A DNA stretch of 60,738 bases, filler included. It is 4 parts of 4 records of this genome, joined end to end, with 100 filler letters (N's around TTAATTAATTAA, not from the genome) between each part and the next. Parts side by side here need not be neighbours in the genome. Positions count along the whole stretch, not along the records: positions 50,568 to 60,738 come from DRR723986_8235; 3 more parts are not named here. One strand, given 5' to 3'. A program made the position numbers and the translations under genes. The notes beneath the pieces are model-generated. The model was not told the origin of the DNA and did no database searches. It saw only the letters and a program-made list of their open reading frames with translations. Below, piece by piece: positions 54,779-60,738 of this stretch. How positions within the stretch are numbered: position 1 is the stretch's first letter; every line of letters begins with the position of its first letter.

Positions 54779-56245
54779 TTAATCTGTGCGCTCTGCCGGT
54801 TCGTCGTTGCCGGGCTCCACCAGCAGAGTCAGGCCGTCCATACCATTTACCCGCACTTGCGATCGGGCGGCAATGGCCACCTGACTCCGGGCGTTCCAGC
54901 GTTCGCCGCTGACCCGTACATGGCCCGAGTAGGCATCATACGTGGGGACAAAATCATCCAGTGCCATACCGTGCTCGTGGACCAGCTGCTCACTACCCGA
55001 GACCGGGTGGCGCCGCCGAAGACCGATGAACCGGGTAACGGTCCAGAGAATAAAGCCCCCAGCCACCACCGCCGTGCCACCAATCGTGGGCAGCGAAATG
55101 TCCTGATGGCTGCCGTCCATCAGGATGACGGAGCCAGTGACAAACGCCACGATGCCACCGATGCCGAGGATGCCGAAACTGGGCACAAACGCCTCGCCGA
55201 CAATGAAGGCCAGCCCCAACAGGATCAGCGCCAGGCCCGCGTAATTCACCGACAATACCTGGAAGGCGAAGAGGGCCAGAATCAGACTGATTGCGCCAAT
55301 CACCCCAGGCACTACGGCGCCGGGATTGGCCAGTTCGAAAAGAATGCCGTAAAAACCGATGATCATCAGGAAATAGGCCACATTCGGGTCAGTAATCACC
55401 GACAGCAGTTTGGTGCGCCAGTCCGGCTCGGCCCGCACCAATTCCAGTTGCGCGGTTTCCAGTACCCGATCACCGGCGGCCATGCGCACAGTGCGACCAT
55501 CAATTTCGCTTAACAACGCCCGGAGGTTCGGCACCACCACGTCCACCACGTTACGCTCAAGGGCTTCGGTAGCCCCGAGATTGACCGCCTCCCGAACCGC
55601 CTCTTCCGCCCAGTCGGCATTACGACCGTGGCGCTCTGCCAGGCCGCGGATGTAGCTCACAGCATCTTCCAGTACCTTGCGCTCCATAGCAGTGTCGCCA
55701 CGACGTTTGTCGGCCGATTCGCTCTGGTCGGTGTCCTCCGAAGATTCTTCAGGGGCAGATTCAGAAGGGGATTCAGGTTCTGTGGCGCCGGGCAGGCCGC
55801 CCATTTGCACGGGTGTGGCTGAGCCGAGGTTGGTAGCCGGAGCCATGGCGGCAATGTGGCTGCCGTAGAGGATATAGGTGCCGGCACTGGCCGCCCGGGC
55901 ACCCTGGGGTGAAACGTAGGTCGCCACCGGCACATCGGAAGCGAGGATCGTCTTGATGATTTCCCGCATGGAATCCATCAAACCGCCCGGGGTGTCCATT
56001 TCAATCACCACCAGGCCGGCGCTTTCCCGCTCCGCCCGGCGAATACCGCGGGTCAAATAGTCCATGGTGGCCGGGCCAATCGCACCTTCCACCGAAAGCA
56101 CCAGGGCCTGACGGGGCGATTCCTGTTGCGCAAAGACTTTCAGGGAAAGACTGAACAGGGCCAGCAAGGCTCCGGCTACAAACACCAGCGCCCAGAGATT
56201 TACGCTGGGGGTGAGTGTCGATGTCCTGAATTGGCTTGCACGCAT
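54779..56245 (-). CDS. nfeD: NfeD-family membrane-bound serine protease
   Basis: DTPGG, AASAG, N.GSATP, C-terminal OB-fold V.GE.W.A; paired with stomatin. Confidence 0.92.
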   Translation of the reverse strand: MRASQFRTSTLTPSVNLWALVFVAGALLALFSLSLKVFAQQESPRQALVLSVEGAIGPATMDYLTRGIRRAERESAGLVVIEMDTPGGLMDSMREIIKTILASDVPVATYVSPQGARAASAGTYILYGSHIAAMAPATNLGSATPVQMGGLPGATEPESPSESAPEESSEDTDQSESADKRRGDTAMERKVLEDAVSYIRGLAERHGRNADWAEEAVREAVNLGATEALERNVVDVVVPNLRALLSEIDGRTVRMAAGDRVLETAQLELVRAEPDWRTKLLSVITDPNVAYFLMIIGFYGILFELANPGAVVPGVIGAISLILALFAFQVLSVNYAGLALILLGLAFIVGEAFVPSFGILGIGGIVAFVTGSVILMDGSHQDISLPTIGGTAVVAGGFILWTVTRFIGLRRRHPVSGSEQLVHEHGMALDDFVPTYDAYSGHVRVSGERWNARSQVAIAARSQVRVNGMDGLTLLVEPGNDEPAERTD

Positions 56246-56266
56246 CTCAACCTCCCACGGGAGTGA

Positions 56267-57019
56267 TCAGAACAGCTTTGCCAGAACCGACTCTGGTAAC
56301 CGCCTGAGCACAAAACCGATCGGGGCCCAGGGCCAGGCGGGCACAAAATGCTCGGCTTTTCCGGCTTCTATGGCTTTCACCATAGCACGACAGCCGGTTT
56401 GTGCGTCGACGATGAACGGTGTGTTTTTAACCTTCTCATTGATTTCAGTGCGAATATAGCCCGGATACAGGGTAGTCACACGGATCGGGGACCGGCGTTT
56501 TTTCAACTCGATGCGCAGTCCTTTACAGAGTGCTGCCAACCCGGCCTTGGTGGCGGCATAGGTGGTAACGTTGCCCGGCATACCGCGCACTGCCGTTACC
56601 GATGATACGGCCACCAGGTGGCCCCGGTTCTGTTCCCTGAAAATTTCCATCGCCGCTTCAATCTGGGCGAGGGCGGCGACAAAGTTGGTTTCTGCGGTCT
56701 GCCGGTTAGCATCAAAGCGCCCGGTTCCGAGTGGCTGGCCCTTACCGATACCGGCATTCACAATAATCCGGTCCAGTGCTCCAAAGTGCGCCTGAAAAGC
56801 CCGGAACACCTCCTGCACCTGAACATGATCATTCACGTCGAGTGCCATCACCTGAATCCGGATACCCGGATACTGTTTTTCAAGCTCCGCTTTCAGCACC
56901 TCGAGCCGCTCAGTTCTTCGGGCGCAGAGCGCCAGGTTATCTCCGCGGGCGGCAAACTCTCGGGCCATGCCCTCGCCAAGGCCAGAACTGGCGCCGGTGA
57001 TCAGAATGCTCCTGCTCAT
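56267..57019 (-). CDS. Short-chain dehydrogenase/reductase
   Basis: TGASSGLG, NAG, YAATK, PGYIRT. Confidence 0.93.
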   Translation of the reverse strand: MSRSILITGASSGLGEGMAREFAARGDNLALCARRTERLEVLKAELEKQYPGIRIQVMALDVNDHVQVQEVFRAFQAHFGALDRIIVNAGIGKGQPLGTGRFDANRQTAETNFVAALAQIEAAMEIFREQNRGHLVAVSSVTAVRGMPGNVTTYAATKAGLAALCKGLRIELKKRRSPIRVTTLYPGYIRTEINEKVKNTPFIVDAQTGCRAMVKAIEAGKAEHFVPAWPWAPIGFVLRRLPESVLAKLF

Positions 57020-57043
57020 TGCGGTGTTCCTTTACCAGGGGGT

Positions 57044-58117
57044 CTAGAAATACAGGGTCTGTTCCGGCTTGCCCTGTTTCTCGGATTCTGCCGGTTCAAC
57101 CGAATCCTCGGATGCCATCCGGGTCAGCTTCTCGCCGATCATTGTGGGCAGACCATCGGCCTGATCCACCGCCAGCTCAATGGAACGGCGACGAAGATCC
57201 ACATCCGGATGCTGCTGGCGGAAGCTCTCTACTTTTTCAAATACCTGAGCCCACAGGCGCTCCCGGTCGCGGGCCGAATAGTCCTCATGGGGTCGATGCA
57301 CTTCCAGCCACACCTCACCACCGGACATGCCGATCTTGACCGGCTCACGAATCACCTGAACCGGCGTGCCTTTCTCCACCTGATAGACAAACCGTGAAAT
57401 ATCTTCGTTGTACATGCGGAAACAGCCGTGACTGACCGGCATACCGACACCGAACTGTTTGTTGGTGCCGTGAATGAGGTAGCCTTTCTCGCTCAGCATG
57501 AGGGCATGGGTACCCAGGGGATTGCCCGGGCCTGGCGGGATCATTTTCGGCAGATAGTCTCCCGACGCCTCATATTCGGCACGAATGCTCGCTGGCGGGT
57601 ACCAGGCCGGGGACTCCAGTGGCATGGTTACTTTGGCATTGGTCAGCGGCGACGGGTTTTCCTCAGTGCCCACACCAACCGGGTACACCTGCACCCCGCC
57701 ATCCGGTGTGAAGTAATACAGCCGGTATTCAGCCAGATTAATCACGATGCCCTCGCGCTCAACATCGGGCAACACATACATGCGGGGCAGAGTGATCATG
57801 GTGCCTTCGCCCGGCAGCCAGGGATCAATACCAGGATTGGCCTTCACCAACTCCAGGTACCCCAGGGCCAACTTGTTACCAATGCCGGCAAAGGTGTCCT
57901 CATAGACGGTATTGAACACCTGCAGCTCTCCCGCCAGGTCACCGTCGGGCTGAAAGGTAGGAACCCGCGGGGAGCGGTCCGGCACCCGTTCTGATGCCTC
58001 CGGCCCGTTTGTGTCCCGGGCGGCCTGCACTGAGGAAAACGGCCACAGCAGACTGACACCAATGACAACAAGCAACCAGCTTTTCCACCGCATAAGATTG
58101 GGTTCCCGTAACAACAT
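57044..58117 (-). CDS. L,D-transpeptidase (ErfK/YbiS/YcfS type)
   Basis: ANPG.DPWLP, INLAE.RLYY, P.WYPP.SIR, PGP.NPLG, IHGTN...SHGC.RM. Confidence 0.93.
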   Translation of the reverse strand: MLLREPNLMRWKSWLLVVIGVSLLWPFSSVQAARDTNGPEASERVPDRSPRVPTFQPDGDLAGELQVFNTVYEDTFAGIGNKLALGYLELVKANPGIDPWLPGEGTMITLPRMYVLPDVEREGIVINLAEYRLYYFTPDGGVQVYPVGVGTEENPSPLTNAKVTMPLESPAWYPPASIRAEYEASGDYLPKMIPPGPGNPLGTHALMLSEKGYLIHGTNKQFGVGMPVSHGCFRMYNEDISRFVYQVEKGTPVQVIREPVKIGMSGGEVWLEVHRPHEDYSARDRERLWAQVFEKVESFRQQHPDVDLRRRSIELAVDQADGLPTMIGEKLTRMASEDSVEPAESEKQGKPEQTLYF

Positions 58118-58145
58118 TTCTCACACTCAATGACCGGCGTCCGGC

Positions 58146-58715
58146 TCAGGAGTTCATTACCGTGGCCCAGACCGTCACCACGGCCAGGGCCACAAACAGA
58201 ATACTCGCACTGATTCGCGCCATGGCCAGCGGCAGGCGTTCCATCAGCCAGCGACCCGCCATGATAACCGGCACATTGGCCAACAGCATACCCACCGTTG
58301 TACCCATGATAACCCAGAACGTGTCGGTATACCGTGCGGCCAGGACCACCGTGGCAATCTGGGTTTTATCACCAATTTCCGCCAGGAAGAACATGATGGT
58401 CGTGGCCATGAAGGCACCCATACCCAGGAATTTCGAGTCCTCCGAATCATCCTTGTCTGGAATCAACAGCCACAGGGCAATGGCAACAAAGCTGACGGCC
58501 AGGATCCAGGGCAGCCAGGCCTCCGGAATCCATTGCGCAACCCAGGCGCCCAGCCAGGCGGACAGGGCATGGTTAAGCACGGTAGCAATCAGAATCCCGA
58601 GGATGATAGGGGTACGTTTGGCGTATCTGGCAACCAGAAAGAGAGACAACAGCTGGGTTTTATCGCCAATTTCAGCGATGGCAACGGCAAGCGTCGAAGC
58701 GAGAAAAGCATCCAT
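58146..58715 (-). CDS. UPF0016 (TMEM165/GDT1) Mn2+/Ca2+ transporter
   Basis: Two copies of AEIGDKTQ. Confidence 0.93.
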   Translation of the reverse strand: MDAFLASTLAVAIAEIGDKTQLLSLFLVARYAKRTPIILGILIATVLNHALSAWLGAWVAQWIPEAWLPWILAVSFVAIALWLLIPDKDDSEDSKFLGMGAFMATTIMFFLAEIGDKTQIATVVLAARYTDTFWVIMGTTVGMLLANVPVIMAGRWLMERLPLAMARISASILFVALAVVTVWATVMNS

Positions 58716-58785
58716 TCAGCAGAACCTCAGGGCGGAGACAATTCAGACATGAGACAGCCCACCTTCCGCCCATTGGAGGTGATCT

Positions 58786-58902
58786 GCCTCAGGTCTTGCC
58801 AGTTCCTGTTCAGGAACACGATGGCCATGCAGATTGAGCTGCAAGTATGTTGACCACCGTCTGCCCCGGATCACCGGTGCAGAGGCTACTCCCCCGAAGG
58901 TG
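58786..58902 (-). ncRNA. yybP-ykoY (Mn2+) riboswitch
   Basis: Minus strand GGGGAGTAGCC...GTCAACATACTT...GGCAAGACC, upstream of a UPF0016 gene. Confidence 0.85.
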
Positions 58903-58945
58903 CGGCCATAGTAATGAATAGCGGCAAACAAGGCAACTCCCGGCC

Positions 58946-60337
58946 TCAGGCCCGCATTTTCCAGATCGGCACCGCCGCCAGCGCCACGCATACCGCAACC
59001 AGCCACCAGGCCGAGGCAAAGGCTGAAACGGTTGGCAGCCCGCCTTCGTGTTCGCCGAACTCGATGGTGAGGGCAACGATATTCACCCCGAGCGCACCAC
59101 CCAGCTGACGGGCGAAATTGATCGTACTGGAACCTGCACCCAGCTGTTCCGGCGCGAGCGGGTTCAGAGCTCCCGTCGACAGCGCCGGCAACATAAAACC
59201 TATACCGATTCGGCCCACAACTGCCCACAATGCCAGCCAGACAAACCCGACCAGCGCCCCGGTAGCGGCAAACAACACCGCCGAACAGGCAAACATGGCA
59301 ATGCCAAACAACACCAGCCCACGGGCACTGCGTTTGTCGGCAAGCCGGCCGGCGACGGGGAACACCATGCCCAGTACGACGCCTGCGGGTAACATCAGCA
59401 AGCCCGCTTCTGTGGCCGAGAAGCCCAGCGAAGTCTGCACAAATAACGGGATCAGATAGGTAGAGCCGAACAGCGCCAGACCCAGTGCCATGGCGCCCAG
59501 GGTTGCGTACAGAAACACCGGCTCTCGCAGTAACGCCAATCGGACAAGCGGATGGGCGGCACGACGTTCACGTACGATAAATCCAATAATCAGAATCGCA
59601 GCCAATGCGCCCTGCCAGGCAATACGCACAGAGTCTCCGGGCCAGTCCTGCAGACGGTTAAGCGTTTCCAGGGTGACCGCAACCGCGGCCCCCAGCAGAA
59701 CCATACCGGACAGATCGAACATGTAGGGAGCCGGACGGGACCGTGGTGACGGCAGAAAGCGCAAGGCCATCCACACACCCAGCAGGGTGACCGGAGCCGG
59801 GGCAAACATCACCCAGCGCCAGTGGAACTGATCCACCAGAAAACCACCGAGGACCGGGCCCAGAGCCGGCGCGAGAATCACACCCATGCCATAGATGCCC
59901 ATGGCGCGGCCGCGCTGGTCCGCCGGAAAAATCCGGAACACCAGATACATGCCCATGGGCTGCATCAACCCGGCCATGGCCCCTTGCCCAATCCGGGCGG
60001 CAATCAACAATTCTGGCGTGGGCGCCAAGCCACCGGCGAGGGAAATCAGCGTGAACATGGCCATGGCGGTACTGAGGGTCTTGCGGACACCGAAGCGGTC
60101 CAGCAGCCACGCCGAAGCCAGCATGGTGGTGGTCATGGCGGCAATGAAACCGGTCGCCAGCCAGTGAACCTGGCCCTGGCGGATACCGAACTCCACCATG
60201 ATATCGTGCAGGGCAACGTTGACCACCGTGGCACTGAGCACCGTGGCCATGGTGCCGAGCACCACGGTAAGCACCGCCAGCCAGCGCCAGCGGTCACCAT
60301 ATCGGGCCCGCAGGCCCTCTACGGATTGATCAGCCAA
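58946..60337 (-). CDS. DHA2/EmrB-like MFS efflux transporter
   Basis: VVNVAL..I, W..T.F, LDRFG.R, RIGQG, APALGP.LGG; about 14 TMs. Confidence 0.92.
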   Translation of the reverse strand: MADQSVEGLRARYGDRWRWLAVLTVVLGTMATVLSATVVNVALHDIMVEFGIRQGQVHWLATGFIAAMTTTMLASAWLLDRFGVRKTLSTAMAMFTLISLAGGLAPTPELLIAARIGQGAMAGLMQPMGMYLVFRIFPADQRGRAMGIYGMGVILAPALGPVLGGFLVDQFHWRWVMFAPAPVTLLGVWMALRFLPSPRSRPAPYMFDLSGMVLLGAAVAVTLETLNRLQDWPGDSVRIAWQGALAAILIIGFIVRERRAAHPLVRLALLREPVFLYATLGAMALGLALFGSTYLIPLFVQTSLGFSATEAGLLMLPAGVVLGMVFPVAGRLADKRSARGLVLFGIAMFACSAVLFAATGALVGFVWLALWAVVGRIGIGFMLPALSTGALNPLAPEQLGAGSSTINFARQLGGALGVNIVALTIEFGEHEGGLPTVSAFASAWWLVAVCVALAAVPIWKMRA

Positions 60338-60340
60338 GAC

Positions 60341-60738
60341 TCACTTCTGCTTCTCGGCGTTTTCCATGATCTTGTGGAAAACCTTGAGCGATGCCTCAAT
60401 GTCTTTGTCGGAAATGCCGTCAAGCATCTCCTCTCGGAGCGTGGCCGCGCGCTCGGACAACTCATCCATGAACTCGACACCGGCCTTGGTCAGGTGAAGG
60501 CGACGGGCGCGACGATCGTTGGGGCATGGGCGGCGCTCAATCAGCCCCTGTTGCTCGAGACTGTCCAGCAAACGTACCAGGGTCGGGTTTTCAATGGCCA
60601 TCAGGCTGGCCAGTTCGCGCTGGGTCAGGCCTTCACCACCTTGCTGCAGATACACCATGGTGCTCCAACGCGCCTGGGTAACACCCAGATCTTTCAGGCG
60701 TTCATCGAGCATTTTGCGCCAGCGGCGGGTTACCCGGG
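60341..60738 (-). CDS. slyA: MarR-family regulator SlyA-like (5'-truncated)
   Basis: D.RLK.LG.TQ..W, IE.PTLVR.LD.LE..GLI.R..C..DRRA.R..LT. Confidence 0.8.
   Translation of the reverse strand, partial: RVTRRWRKMLDERLKDLGVTQARWSTMVYLQQGGEGLTQRELASLMAIENPTLVRLLDSLEQQGLIERRPCPNDRRARRLHLTKAGVEFMDELSERAATLREEMLDGISDKDIEASLKVFHKIMENAEKQK

Overview
The window is not one locus. It is four unrelated contigs joined by artificial 100-nt N/TTAATTAATTAA/N linkers (21386-21485, 39549-39648, 50468-50567). (1) 1-21385 is an apparently complete ~21.4-kb capsid-less, phage-satellite-like (PICI-like) element bounded by tRNA-Thr(TGT) att repeats. It carries a P4-type tyrosine integrase, HTH/AlpA regulators, a Prim-Pol/SF3-helicase replicase followed by an iteron-rich origin, and a lone terminase small subunit. 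Its cargo lies between IS3 and IS6 remnants: five leftward envelope/secreted genes, and a divergent, translationally coupled four-gene membrane operon (4-TM coiled-coil protein, membrane-anchored vWA protein, MotA/ZorA-like channel with a long helical tail, MotB-like single-TM partner). That operon is the best candidate for an undescribed system, possibly an ion-motor anti-phage module distinct from canonical Zorya. (2) 21486-39548 is ordinary alphaproteobacterial chromosome (uvrD, prmA, aminopeptidase P, two ClC channels, FAD oxidase, AsmA). (3) 39649-50467 is part of a lower-GC integrative element at tRNA-Met, with two tyrosine recombinases, an HUH-type Rep, a clamp-loader-like AAA+ ATPase and two polysaccharide-lyase-like secreted proteins. 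(4) 50568-60738 is ordinary gammaproteobacterial (Marinobacter-like) chromosome (tRNA-Gly, K+/H+ antiporter, L,D-transpeptidases, Lpp/OprI, NfeD-stomatin, yybP-ykoY riboswitch with UPF0016 exporter, MFS, SlyA). All family calls come from motifs read by eye; no searches were run.
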